Shown piece after piece: positions 22,118 to 31,291 of a stretch of DNA of 32,000 bases (positions are counted from its first letter, which is position 1; each line of letters starts with the position of its first letter). Origin of the DNA: Fibrobacterota bacterium (GTDB lineage Bacteria; Fibrobacterota; Fibrobacteria; UBA11236). Where the stretch lies: contig JAQBPN010000076.1 of NCBI GenBank assembly GCA_028287505.1, forward strand, positions 32,069 to 64,068, in the 5' to 3' direction. A program made the position numbers and the translations under genes. The notes under the pieces were generated by a model. It was given only the letters and a program-made list of their open reading frames with translations. It was not told the origin of the DNA and searched no databases.

Positions 22118-22354
22118 ATGAGCCGCATTTGTGAAGTCACTGGCAAGAGAAGGCAAAAGGGCAACCAGGTTTCCCATGCCATGAACCATACCCGCAAGTT
22201 TTTCCAGCCCAATCTGCACAAGAAGCGGTTCTGGATCGCGGAAGAAAAACGCTGGGTCACCCTCAAGGTGAGCGGCGCCGGTCTCCGCTTCATCGCCAAG
22301 AACGGCATCCTGGCTGCTCTCAAGCAGGTCGCGGAACTCCAGAAGGCCGACTAG
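22118..22354 (+). CDS. rpmB: 50S ribosomal protein L28
   Basis: 78 aa; [39 protein letters not shown]. Confidence 0.97.
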   Translation: MSRICEVTGKRRQKGNQVSHAMNHTRKFFQPNLHKKRFWIAEEKRWVTLKVSGAGLRFIAKNGILAALKQVAELQKAD

Positions 22355-22410
22355 GCTTTTATCGCCGCTTTTCCCCGCCTTCTCCGTGAAGGCAGGATGG
22401 ATGAAAATGA

Positions 22411-22440
22411 AAAGGCCGGTCCCCAGGGACCGGCCTTTTT
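22411..22440. terminator. Bidirectional intrinsic terminator between rpmB and lspA
   Basis: AAAGGCCGGTCC-CCAG-GGACCGGCCTTT (12-bp stem, 22411-22438), flanked by an A-rich tract on the left and a T-run on the right. Confidence 0.92.
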
Positions 22441-22497
22441 TCGTTCCCGCGCGCAAAGCCGAAGGTGAATCCGGGAGCGCGGTCCGGGCGTGACGTT

Positions 22498-23040
22498 TCA
22501 GGAAGTCCGGAATGCCGGTTGGGCCGGTGCCGGCTTGAGAGCGGAAACCGAGAGCAACAGCACGGTGCCGACCGTGATCATGGAGTCCGCCAGGTTGAAG
22601 ATGGGGAAGCTCCACGCCCCCTGCCAATGCACATGGACGAAGTCCACCACATAGCCATGGGTCAAGCGATCCTGGAGGTTGCCGACGGCGCCGGCCAGGA
22701 TGAGCGAAAGCGGCAGCAGCCGCAACAAGCCCTGGTTCCGCATTTTCCAAATCAGGGTCACCAATGCGATCAGGGCGAGACTGGTGAGAGTGAGAATGAG
22801 GGGCGTGCGCACGCGGTCCGGCAAATCGCGGAACATGCTGAAGGCGATGGCGCGGTTCTCGGCGTAGCGGAACTCCAGGACCTTGGGAACCAGGGTCAGG
22901 GAGGGTTTGTCCTGGAACTCGGTCCGGGCCCAGTTCTTGGTGGCCTGGTCCGCGCGGCACCCCGCGAGCAACAGGGTGAAAAGCATGAGCCAGTGCAGGC
23001 CGTTACGGAGGGATGCGGTACGATTGGAATGGGTAGGCAT
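22498..23040 (-). CDS. lspA: Lipoprotein signal peptidase (signal peptidase II)
   Basis: 180 aa; ADQATKNWA, AGAVGNLQDRLTHGYVVDFV, FNLADSMITVG, i.e. the conserved Asp regions of LspA. Confidence 0.93.
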   Translation of the reverse strand: MPTHSNRTASLRNGLHWLMLFTLLLAGCRADQATKNWARTEFQDKPSLTLVPKVLEFRYAENRAIAFSMFRDLPDRVRTPLILTLTSLALIALVTLIWKMRNQGLLRLLPLSLILAGAVGNLQDRLTHGYVVDFVHVHWQGAWSFPIFNLADSMITVGTVLLLSVSALKPAPAQPAFRTS

Positions 23041-23134
23041 GTGGGGATAATATAGTGAGCAAAGACCCGGCGTGCCACGACGCCATGCCTACCCTTTGCG
23101 AATGCGTTCGCCGCATTCACAAAGAGGGCCGGGG

Positions 23135-25876
23135 TCAATCGTTGGCGGTGGAGACCTTGGCTTCCAGGACGCCCTGGCTGACGAGTTCCGGCCAAGGGGA
23201 GCGCGGCGCGGACAACTTGGCGGATTTCTTGAACAGTTCCAAGGCTGCATGCTGGTTGCCGTCCTCCTCCGCGAACTTGGCCGACCATAGCACCGCCAGG
23301 TAATCGTGCGGATTGCGGTTGAGCAGGAACTCCAGGATGGAAGCCGCCATGTCCTTGGAGCCTTCCAGGCGGTAGGCGCGGGCGCGGTTGATGTAGACTT
23401 CATCCGACTGCGCACCCAGATCGATGGCGGTCTGCAAGGGTCCGCTGGCGGCGGCCAGGTCCGGGATCATGGCCAGGGCGTTCCCCAGATTCTCCCAGGC
23501 CTTCGCGTCTTTGGGATGGTATTGGACCATGCGGCGATAGTGGGAGGCTGCTTCCTTGTATTCGCGGGCCGATTGGCGCACGGTGGCCAGGTAGGCGTTG
23601 GCTTCTTCGTTGGCCGAATCGAGCCGATAGACGGCGCGATAGGCTTCGCCCATCTCCCGCTTCGCGTCCAGTTTCTTGGCGATGCGCAGCATCTCTCCCG
23701 CGGCCTCGCCGGACTGGCTGTCCACGGCCAGGGCCGAGGCATATGCGGCAAGGGCTTCCTTCAGCTGGCGTTTTTCGGCCAGGCATTCCCCCAGGCGGGT
23801 CCAGGCTTCGGCCACCACCTGACTGTTGAGGGAGGCGGGCGCAGCCTTCAGGCCCAGGGCCAGAACGTGGATGGCCTTGTCCAGCTTGCCGTCCCTGGCC
23901 AACTGGGTTCCCAGGACGATGGCCGCCTGGTTCCAGGCCTCTCCGGAGGGAAGGACGGTGCGGGCGCCCAAAAGTTCGTCATACATTTCCAGGGCCCTGG
24001 CATTCCCGCCCTGGGCCGCCTTGAGGTTGGCCATGCGGAGCTTTTCCTCATCCCCGGCCCATCCTTTGGACACCAGGGTTTCCAGGACTTCAGCCTCCTT
24101 GGGGCCGAAGTGCAACTCACGGTACATGCGCGCTACCGCCCGGAGGGATTCCTTGTCTCCGCTGCGCGCATAATGGGTTTCATACTCCGCGGCGGCGCCT
24201 TCGTAGTTCTTCAATTCAGCCAGGCAATCGCCGCGCAGGCGGATTGCATCCGGAAAGGAATCCCGGGCGACGAGGAACTGCTCCGCCGCATGGGCGTAAT
24301 CCTTGTCCGCATACTCCATGCGGCCCAACAGCATGCAGGCCTCGGGGATGGGGGCGTGTTTGCCGATGGCGGCCAGGACGTCCCTGGCTTCGGCGTTCTT
24401 GCCGGCATCCAGCATGGCCTTGGCCGCGGATAGGGCCATGGGGGCGTCTTCCGGGGCTTCAATCACCATGCGTTTTGCATAACCCGCGGCCTTGGGGAAG
24501 TCTTTCAGGCGCATGGCAATCTGGACCATGGCGCGGGCGGCTTCGCGATCGAATCCCGTGGCCAGGTATTTGTCGCCGATGATCGAGGCCAGCATCAGGG
24601 ATGCCGGGTCTCCGCAGGAAGACAGGTCCAGGAACGCGTCCCTGCGGCCTTCCAACTGCTTGGGAGACAGAGCCGAGATTTGTCCCCAGGCGTGGCAGGC
24701 TTTGGCTTTGTCCCCGGCAAGGCTGTATCCGCGGGCCACCAGCATGGCCAGATGCAGGGAAGCGCCTTCCTTCTCGTACTTGTCCCTGAGGACCGGGAAG
24801 TTCGCCTGGATGAGGCTGTCGCCTTCGATGGCTTCCGGCAGGCGGGCCAGATAGGCGGGATTGCCGGGAGAGGCTTTCAGGGCGCTCTGCAAATGGGCAT
24901 AGGCATTTTTGCGATCTTCCAAGCGCAGAAGGATTACCGCGAGCTTGAAGTGCAGGGACGCCGACGCGCTGTCGTTGCGCAAGGCCTTTTCCAACAAGGC
25001 TTTCAAGGGCGCTTCGCCCCCGGGACCGGCTGCTTCCAAATGCGCAATCGCGCGGTTGCGGGCGGTGGTATCGGCCGCATCCAGCGTCCATGCATCCGCC
25101 CAGGCTTGGGCGGCTTCCAGCCTCTGGTCCATGGCCTCGCGGGTTTCCGCCAATCGCACGCTCAGACTCTTCTCTTCGGGATGCGCTGCACGGGCTAGTT
25201 GGTAGAGGGTGACCGCGTCCGCGGCCTTTCCCTGGGAGGCCAGCAACGCGCCTACGCGGAGGGCGGCCTGGGCATTCTTGGCAATCAGATCCGCATGCTT
25301 CCAATACAGGGCGGCGGCTTCCGGGTAGAGCAGTTGTTGCTCCAGGCAGAGTGCCAATTGCAATTCCGCCTGGGTATCGCCGGGCTTGATTTCCAGATAG
25401 CGTTTGAACATGGCGACGGCGAACGGATCGTTTTGATTGGCGGCATGGGCGGATTTCAGGAACCAGCCGGCGGCTTCGTAGCGATCGCCGTTGATGAGCA
25501 GGCCTTCGCCCATGAGTCCCATGGAAAGGAAGCCGGGATTGGTCAGTCGCTTGAAGCAGGGCACGGCCAGATGCACATCGCCGCGGTCCCAATGGATGAT
25601 GCCTTCCGCCTCGATGAGGCGTTCGTCCTTTTCGCCCCACTTCTGGCGTTCCTGGATGCGGGCCAATAGGGCGGAGGTATCGATACCGGCATAGCTGTGG
25701 GCCAGAACGGGCTTGATGTCCAGGAACAGGGAACTGGTGTCCTTGGGAGCCGCGGACGATTCCGGCGTTTCCGTTGCGGCAGGGGTCACAGGTTCTCCCG
25801 CTGAGGCATGCGCCGCCATCAGGGCGGCGCCCCAAAGGACTTGCAGGAGATATCCGCTACGGGCGCGGTTTGTCAT
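23135..25876 (-). CDS. Large exported TPR-repeat protein
   Basis: 913 aa; N-terminal signal-like segment MTNRARSGYLLQVLWGAALMAAHASAGE; many 34-residue TPR-like helices (e.g. HPKDAKAWENLGNALAMIPDLAAASGPLQTAIDLGAQSDEVYINRARAYRLEGSKDMA). Confidence 0.85.
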   Translation of the reverse strand: MTNRARSGYLLQVLWGAALMAAHASAGEPVTPAATETPESSAAPKDTSSLFLDIKPVLAHSYAGIDTSALLARIQERQKWGEKDERLIEAEGIIHWDRGDVHLAVPCFKRLTNPGFLSMGLMGEGLLINGDRYEAAGWFLKSAHAANQNDPFAVAMFKRYLEIKPGDTQAELQLALCLEQQLLYPEAAALYWKHADLIAKNAQAALRVGALLASQGKAADAVTLYQLARAAHPEEKSLSVRLAETREAMDQRLEAAQAWADAWTLDAADTTARNRAIAHLEAAGPGGEAPLKALLEKALRNDSASASLHFKLAVILLRLEDRKNAYAHLQSALKASPGNPAYLARLPEAIEGDSLIQANFPVLRDKYEKEGASLHLAMLVARGYSLAGDKAKACHAWGQISALSPKQLEGRRDAFLDLSSCGDPASLMLASIIGDKYLATGFDREAARAMVQIAMRLKDFPKAAGYAKRMVIEAPEDAPMALSAAKAMLDAGKNAEARDVLAAIGKHAPIPEACMLLGRMEYADKDYAHAAEQFLVARDSFPDAIRLRGDCLAELKNYEGAAAEYETHYARSGDKESLRAVARMYRELHFGPKEAEVLETLVSKGWAGDEEKLRMANLKAAQGGNARALEMYDELLGARTVLPSGEAWNQAAIVLGTQLARDGKLDKAIHVLALGLKAAPASLNSQVVAEAWTRLGECLAEKRQLKEALAAYASALAVDSQSGEAAGEMLRIAKKLDAKREMGEAYRAVYRLDSANEEANAYLATVRQSAREYKEAASHYRRMVQYHPKDAKAWENLGNALAMIPDLAAASGPLQTAIDLGAQSDEVYINRARAYRLEGSKDMAASILEFLLNRNPHDYLAVLWSAKFAEEDGNQHAALELFKKSAKLSAPRSPWPELVSQGVLEAKVSTAND

Positions 25877-26209
25877 GATCTATTCCTTCCAGCAAAGAGC
25901 AAGCCGCTCATCGGGTATGTCTCGGTGCCGAATACGGGTTGGCGTAAACAAAAGTAAATAAAATTTTTTTCCCCCGGCGAAATTCCGAAGAGTGCGTTAT
26001 ATTGCGGCTTTTGTGGGTTATTGAAAAACCAAAATACCCAAAATACTGACCAATGGATGGGTTGGGCCGCTTCGGCATGGCAAGGATGGCCCGGGGCATA
26101 GTGCTGCTTTAGACGTGGTTTTGGGCGATTGTGTAACCTGTTGTCAAGGATTGGGCAAGCGAGCCCCGTCGTCAACAAGCCGCGGCGGATCCGGAACCGG
26201 AATGCCGGT

Positions 26210-26854
26210 TCAGGCGAATTGCACGAAGCTCAGCGGGGCGCCGTGCACGCTTTCGAACGACTTGACCGCTTGATCCATGGCCAGATCCTTATCCTGGTAA
26301 CGCTTGCGCAGGCAAACGCACATCACTTCCTTGAGAATCTGGCAATCGTAGGTGGCGCGATGGAGTTCGCCCTTGTTGAGAACCACGCCGGTTTGATCGC
26401 CGAGCTTGCGCGCGATTTCGCTCAACCTGTGGGATGCGTATTCCGGCATGATCTTGCGGATGAATTTGAGGCTGTCGATGATGGGATTCTGGGGCATGAC
26501 CAGGCCCTGCTTGCGGATGGCTTTGCCCAGGAAGGCGGCGTCGAAGGATGCGTTATGGGCCACAAGGATGGAGCTGAGCCCGCAGAACCTGAGGAAGGCG
26601 GAGAGCACGGGTTTCAGTTCGGGGGCGTTTTCCACCATCTGGTTGGTGATGTTGTTGATGCGGGTGGCGTCTTCGGGAATCAGTTTTCCGGGCTTTACAA
26701 GGCTGCTGTATTGGGAGATCTCCCGGGTCGCGAGCTTGCCGTCCTTCTTTTCGAAGGAGAATTTGATGCCGGCGATTTCAATCAGTTCCTCTTTGTCGGG
26801 ATCGAGGCCGGTGGTTTCCACGTCGAAAGCCACCATGGTGACGAAGGGGAGCAC
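26210..26854 (-). CDS. DnaQ-like 3'-5' exonuclease (DNA pol III epsilon family)
   Basis: 214 aa, GTG start with GGAGG 5 nt upstream; VAFDVETTGLDP (ExoI), VAHNASFDAAFL (ExoII), HRATYDCQIL (ExoIII). Confidence 0.88.
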   Translation of the reverse strand: MLPFVTMVAFDVETTGLDPDKEELIEIAGIKFSFEKKDGKLATREISQYSSLVKPGKLIPEDATRINNITNQMVENAPELKPVLSAFLRFCGLSSILVAHNASFDAAFLGKAIRKQGLVMPQNPIIDSLKFIRKIMPEYASHRLSEIARKLGDQTGVVLNKGELHRATYDCQILKEVMCVCLRKRYQDKDLAMDQAVKSFESVHGAPLSFVQFA

Positions 26855-27091
26855 AGAGACCTCCAGGGGAAAAGCAGGGAATATAAAAAACGGGCGTGAA
26901 GACGAAGAGCGATAGGGGAGATTGGAGGGTTTTTTGATGCAGGGTGCGTTGTAGGGGCGTTTCGTCGGGCGACGGGCGGTCGGGCATCGGGCGTAAAGAA
27001 GTGGGACGGCAGGGGTTAAATTGAGACCGCATGGAAGCGGCAGCGAATGCTCCGCCGTTTGCCCAAGCCGCCCAACTCTTTACTCTTGGAA

Positions 27092-27814
27092 TTACTCTTC
27101 GATCTTCTCGCCCGACGCCGTCGGCGCCAAGGGCGCCGCACGCCCGACGCCCGACGGGATCTCTCGACGGGCGTTGAAGTGTCCAACCATCACTGGATTT
27201 TCGCGTAGCTCTCCCTGCTTTTCCAACCTCTCCATCGCCTCCGCAATCTCCTCCACGCTTCCCGGATGGAACGGAACGCCTACGCGGACAATCACCTTGG
27301 AAAAAGGCAACGGAATCACGCACCGGTCCCAGGATTGCAAGCGTATGGAAACCGGGGCTTCCACCCATACGGGAACGACGGGCGCCCGGGCGAACTCCGC
27401 CAACCATACCGATCCGGCCTTGGGAACGTGTCTGGGCCCGCGGGGGCCGTCCAAGGCCATTCCGGCGCATCCGGTTCCCTCTTCCATTTCCCGCGCCAAC
27501 GCGCGCAGGCCGCCCATGGAGCCGCGGGACGACGATCCCCGGTGCACGCGGTATCCGAAGCGTTGGCAGGCGTCGGCCGCCCAGGCGCCGTCGGCGCTCC
27601 GTGAAATGAGGACATGGATACCTCGTTGGGAGAAGGCGCGGATGCAGGAGGGCAGATGCTCGTGCCAAAGCAGGATGACGGCCCGTTGCGGGAGGAAGGA
27701 TTCGGGAAATTTCCGATCGGGCGGGGATCCGGCGGCGCCATCCGTTCCGGAAACCCAACGCACGCGCAAAGTCCGCAACCATAGGCAGGCAAGACCCAGC
27801 AGGAGCGAACGCAC
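27092..27814 (-). CDS. DUF374-type lysophospholipid acyltransferase-like protein
   Basis: 240 aa (GTG start); ILLWHEHLPSCI, LISRSADGAWAADACQRFGYRVHRGSSSRGSMGGLRAL, ALDGPRGPRHVPKAGSVWLAEFARAPVVPVWV. Confidence 0.82.
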   Translation of the reverse strand: MRSLLLGLACLWLRTLRVRWVSGTDGAAGSPPDRKFPESFLPQRAVILLWHEHLPSCIRAFSQRGIHVLISRSADGAWAADACQRFGYRVHRGSSSRGSMGGLRALAREMEEGTGCAGMALDGPRGPRHVPKAGSVWLAEFARAPVVPVWVEAPVSIRLQSWDRCVIPLPFSKVIVRVGVPFHPGSVEEIAEAMERLEKQGELRENPVMVGHFNARREIPSGVGRAAPLAPTASGEKIEE

Positions 27815-27820
27815 GGACGA

Positions 27821-28159
27821 TTATTCGGGAGTGGACGGGAAGGAAACCGGTTCGGCGAGGACCCTGAAAGTCTCGACGCGATAGACGGCCGTTTGGCCCG
27901 CGAATTGCCGCAGGAAATTCTCGCGGCGGTATTCGCTGCGGTGCGCCTCGCAATATTTGGGATAAAGGACCTGGTTGGGAACCAGGGTGATGGAGAAGGT
28001 ATGGGCGCAACCCATCAGTTGGCATTCGCAGGAACGTTCCACGGCCTTCTTGTAATTGTGCGGAAGGATCTGGTTGTGCCTGGTCACTCGATCGATGAGT
28101 CCGCTTTGCGGCTTTCCCATCTCGGCGAGGATGGCTTTTTCAACGTTCCCGTTGCTCAT
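27821..28159 (-). CDS. Small Cys/His-rich conserved-looking protein, possible zinc-binding
   Basis: 112 aa; SCECQLMGCAHTFSITLVPNQVLYPKYCEAHRSEYRREN; closely spaced with the downstream acyltransferase (6 bp gap). Confidence 0.7.
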   Translation of the reverse strand: MSNGNVEKAILAEMGKPQSGLIDRVTRHNQILPHNYKKAVERSCECQLMGCAHTFSITLVPNQVLYPKYCEAHRSEYRRENFLRQFAGQTAVYRVETFRVLAEPVSFPSTPE

Positions 28160-28405
28160 TTCCCTAGTATGCTTTCCGCCCCGGGGTTTGTCCAGGGGTT
28201 AAATGGCTTTCCTAGAATATACCTGATATCCCGATTCAGCCTAGTGGAAATTGGAGAAACCCGGGTCCATTTTCCCCTTGACGGGGCGGGGGAAAGGCAG
28301 TATGCGGGGGGCCCGGAGACCGCTTGGGACGGGGCCTTGGAGGCGGGATGCCGTCCGGCCCGTAGTAACGTGAATGTTACGTAATGGAAATGCATCGGAA
28401 TCCGT

Positions 28406-29311
28406 TCAGGAATGTCTGCGCGCCGCTTTTTTCCCTTGGCAGGTGGGGCAGTGGACGGTGCCCCGCTGGGCGACCAGCGATTTCTTGAGGATTGTCCTGC
28501 AACTGCGGCAGGGTTCGCCGCCGCGGCCGTATACCTGGAGGCGCTCTTGGTTGGAGCCCTCGGTGCCGTCCGGTTTCCGGTAGTCGGAGAAGGAGGTTCC
28601 GTTGTTGCGGATGCCTTTGCGCAAGACTTCCTTGACCGCTTCCAGCAACCGGACCTGCTCCGGTTCCCGAAGGTCCCGCACGCGCGATTGGGGATGGATT
28701 CCGCTTTTGAAAAGCGCTTCATCCGCGTAGATGTTGCCGACTCCGGCGAGGAAGGATTGATCGAGGAGCAGGGCCTTGATGGGTCGGGCGCTGGCGGCGG
28801 GGAAGCTTTTTTTCAGGAAGGATTTGACGCGCAGTTCCAGGGGTTCCTCCCCCAGGATGCTGAGGCGCGGGTGCCTGGGCCAATCGCGGCCGGGCACCAG
28901 GAAGATCTTCCCGAACGTGCGCGGGTCCCGGAATAGGACCCTTTCCCCGTTTTCCAGCCAAAGGATGAGATGGGTATGCTTGTCCACCGGGTGGACGCCC
29001 TTGGGCTTTTCAAGGCCGGTCACGGTACGGACAAAGCCGGCATTCTCCACGTAGTCGGCCGGCGAGAAGGTGAGTTGCCCGGTCATGCCCAGATGGATTA
29101 CCAGGGAGCAATCCGCCAGTTCGATGACGATGTATTTGCCTCGCCTGAGGATCCGGGATACGCCCTGGCCTTTCAGCGCGGAGGAGAAGTTCCCGGGATC
29201 CATGTCCAACAACATGCGGCCCAGGCGCAGTTCGGCCTTTTCAATCCGCTTTCCCTCCACGCTGGGGATGAGCATGCGTACGATGGTTTCTACTTCCGGG
29301 AGCTCTGGCAT
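28406..29311 (-). CDS. mutM: Formamidopyrimidine-DNA glycosylase
   Basis: 301 aa from the ATG at 29311: MPELPEVETIVRML; LDQSFLAGVGNIYADEALF; C-terminal zinc finger CRSCRTILKKSLVAQRGTVHCPTCQ. The track start at 29539 is upstream of the true start. Confidence 0.96.
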   Translation of the reverse strand: MPELPEVETIVRMLIPSVEGKRIEKAELRLGRMLLDMDPGNFSSALKGQGVSRILRRGKYIVIELADCSLVIHLGMTGQLTFSPADYVENAGFVRTVTGLEKPKGVHPVDKHTHLILWLENGERVLFRDPRTFGKIFLVPGRDWPRHPRLSILGEEPLELRVKSFLKKSFPAASARPIKALLLDQSFLAGVGNIYADEALFKSGIHPQSRVRDLREPEQVRLLEAVKEVLRKGIRNNGTSFSDYRKPDGTEGSNQERLQVYGRGGEPCRSCRTILKKSLVAQRGTVHCPTCQGKKAARRHS

Positions 29312-29325
29312 ACGGTAGGCTGGGC

Positions 29326-29331
29326 TATAAT
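29326..29331 (+). promoter_or_regulatory. Candidate -10 box (TATAAT) upstream of metX-metW
   Basis: Perfect TATAAT with no good -35 at 17 nt; leader to the ATG at 29418. Confidence 0.4.
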
Positions 29332-29417
29332 ATGTAAATTTGCTTATTACAACATACCAAAAGAAACGGAAGATCAGGCCCAAGGCCCGTCTTCCGGGAC
29401 CTGGGAAGGATCGAGAA

Positions 29418-31262
29418 ATGCCGGCGCAGGCTGGAATCCCCAAGCCGAAAACGACATCGGACGCGGAACAGGTGTCGGTGGAAACCCGCATCATGAAACT
29501 GGATTTGCCTCCCGGAGGGTTCCGGCTGGTATCCGGCAAATTCCTGAAGGCGGTGGAGGTGGCGTACGAAACCTACGGCGCCCTGAACCCGGCCAAAAGC
29601 AACGCAGTGATGATCTGCTCTCCGCTGACCACGGACGCCCACGCGGCCGGATACAATCCGGGCTATGAGAGGGCCAAGGACCGCATCGGCTGGTGGGACG
29701 ACATGATCGGGCCGGGCAAGGCCATAGATACCAACCGGTATTTCGTGATCGCGTCCAACATGCTGGGCGGCTGCAAAGGCACCACGGGACCCAGCTCCGC
29801 CGACCCCGATACCGGGCTCCCGTACGGCTCCGCATTCCCCAAGATCACCGTGGAGGACATGGTGGGCGTGCAGAGGCTCCTATCGCTGCAACTGGGCATC
29901 GAAGTGCTGGAAGCGGTGGTGGGCGGCAGCATGGGAGGCATGCAGGCCTTGCAGTGGAGCACGGCCTATCCGGACAAGGTGCGCAAATGCATTTGCATCG
30001 CGGCCGCGGCCTGCCTTTCGGCCCAGGCGCTGGGATTCGAAATCATCGGCCGCAAGGCCATCGTCAACGATCCGGATTTCAAGAACGGGGACTTCTACCG
30101 GGACGGAATCATTCCCGAACGCGGCCTCTCTTATGCGAGGATGATCGGGCATTTGACCTACCTGTCCGCATTGTCCATGCACGAGAAGTTCGGCCGCAAC
30201 CGTAAAGAGGATTGGGACGAATCCCGCTTCGAAACCGGATTCGAGGTGGAAAGCTATCTCAACCATCAGGGCGACCAGTTCGTGCGGCGCTTCGACGCCA
30301 ACTCCTATCTGCACATCACCTGGGCCATGGACCATTTCGATCTGGTGGCCCGCTACGGTTCGCTGGACAAGGCTTTCGCCCCTTCGCAGGCGGAGTTCCT
30401 GCTGGTGGCCCTCTCCTCCGACTGGCTTTTTTTCCCGGAGCAGACCCGCGAATTGGGTAAGGTGCTGCTGGACCAGAAGAAGATCGTTTCCGTGGTGGAA
30501 CTGGAATCCCCTTATGGCCACGACGCCTTCCTGCTGGAGGTGGCCAACCTGTCCCAGGTCATTTACGGGTTCCTGGAAAAGCCGGCCTTCGACAACGGCG
30601 GCGGTCCGGGTGGAAGAAAAGGCGGGCCCAGGGAAAAGCATGCGCGCGGAAACGGGTTCGGCGCGGCGCGGGACATTGAAGCCCTGGCTTCCCTGATCGA
30701 GCCCGGCAGCCATATCATCGATATCGGCTGCGGGGACGGCGTGCTCATCGACAGCCTGTACAAGAGCCATGGAGTGACCGGAATCGGCATCGATATCGAT
30801 CTGGACCACGTGGTGGAATGTCTGCGCAAGAACGTGCCGGTATTGCAAAGCGACGCGGACCGCGGGCTGTCCCTGGTCGGGGACGGCGCATTCGATTACG
30901 CCGTGCTCAACCGCACCCTGCAGGAGGTGAAAAAGCCCCAACTGGTACTGAACGAAATGTTGCGGGTGGCGAGCAAGGGCATCGTCGCCTTCCCCAACTT
31001 CGCCTACGTGGGCAACCGCCTGTCCCTGTTGACGACGGGGGTGATGCCGGTATCCGAGGCGTTACCCTACAATTGGCATGATACGCCCAACATCCACCTT
31101 TTCAGCCTGGACGATTTCCGCCTGCTCTGCTCGCGGGAAGGCATCGAAATCGAAAAAATCCTCTACCTGGGCGAAACCCTGATTTCCAGGCTGTTCCTGG
31201 GCATGGGCCGTCCCAACCTGGGATCGGAGTTCGTCATCGCCCGGATTTCCAAGGGCGCCTAG
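29418..31262 (+). CDS. metX: Homoserine O-acetyltransferase MetX fused to MetW methyltransferase-like domain
   Basis: Start at 29418 has GGAAGGA about 7 nt upstream. MetX part: YETYGALNPAKSNAV, NMLGGCKGTTGPSSADPDTGLPYGSAFPKITVEDMV, VVGGSMGGMQALQW. MetW part: IEPGSHIIDIGCGDGVLIDSL, DYAVLNRTLQEVKKP, IVAFPNFAYVGNRLSLLTTGVMPVSEALPYNWHDTPNIHLFSLDDFRLLC. Confidence 0.93.
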   Translation: MPAQAGIPKPKTTSDAEQVSVETRIMKLDLPPGGFRLVSGKFLKAVEVAYETYGALNPAKSNAVMICSPLTTDAHAAGYNPGYERAKDRIGWWDDMIGPGKAIDTNRYFVIASNMLGGCKGTTGPSSADPDTGLPYGSAFPKITVEDMVGVQRLLSLQLGIEVLEAVVGGSMGGMQALQWSTAYPDKVRKCICIAAAACLSAQALGFEIIGRKAIVNDPDFKNGDFYRDGIIPERGLSYARMIGHLTYLSALSMHEKFGRNRKEDWDESRFETGFEVESYLNHQGDQFVRRFDANSYLHITWAMDHFDLVARYGSLDKAFAPSQAEFLLVALSSDWLFFPEQTRELGKVLLDQKKIVSVVELESPYGHDAFLLEVANLSQVIYGFLEKPAFDNGGGPGGRKGGPREKHARGNGFGAARDIEALASLIEPGSHIIDIGCGDGVLIDSLYKSHGVTGIGIDIDLDHVVECLRKNVPVLQSDADRGLSLVGDGAFDYAVLNRTLQEVKKPQLVLNEMLRVASKGIVAFPNFAYVGNRLSLLTTGVMPVSEALPYNWHDTPNIHLFSLDDFRLLCSREGIEIEKILYLGETLISRLFLGMGRPNLGSEFVIARISKGA

Positions 31263-31291
31263 AGGCCCCCGCCGGCGCTGCGCAACCACCC

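Noticed and set aside
24459-25835. 458-aa minus-strand ORF
   Set aside because: Same-strand alternative frame inside the TPR gene; the 913-aa frame has a signal peptide and TPR periodicity.
28365-28380. Palindrome GTAAC-GTGAAT-GTTAC in the mutM / small-protein gap
   Set aside because: A single 5-bp-arm inverted repeat with no other supporting promoter signal; too weak to call an operator.
28156-28722. 188-aa minus-strand ORF
   Set aside because: Overlaps the mutM 3' end and intergenic DNA out of frame, with Pro/Ser/Arg-rich shadow composition.
29307-29320. Possible second sigma54-like motif TGGCATACGGTAGGC upstream of metX-metW
   Set aside because: GG-N10-GC spacing holds but the -12 element (AGGC) and -24 element (GGCAT) deviate, and it overlaps the mutM start codon.
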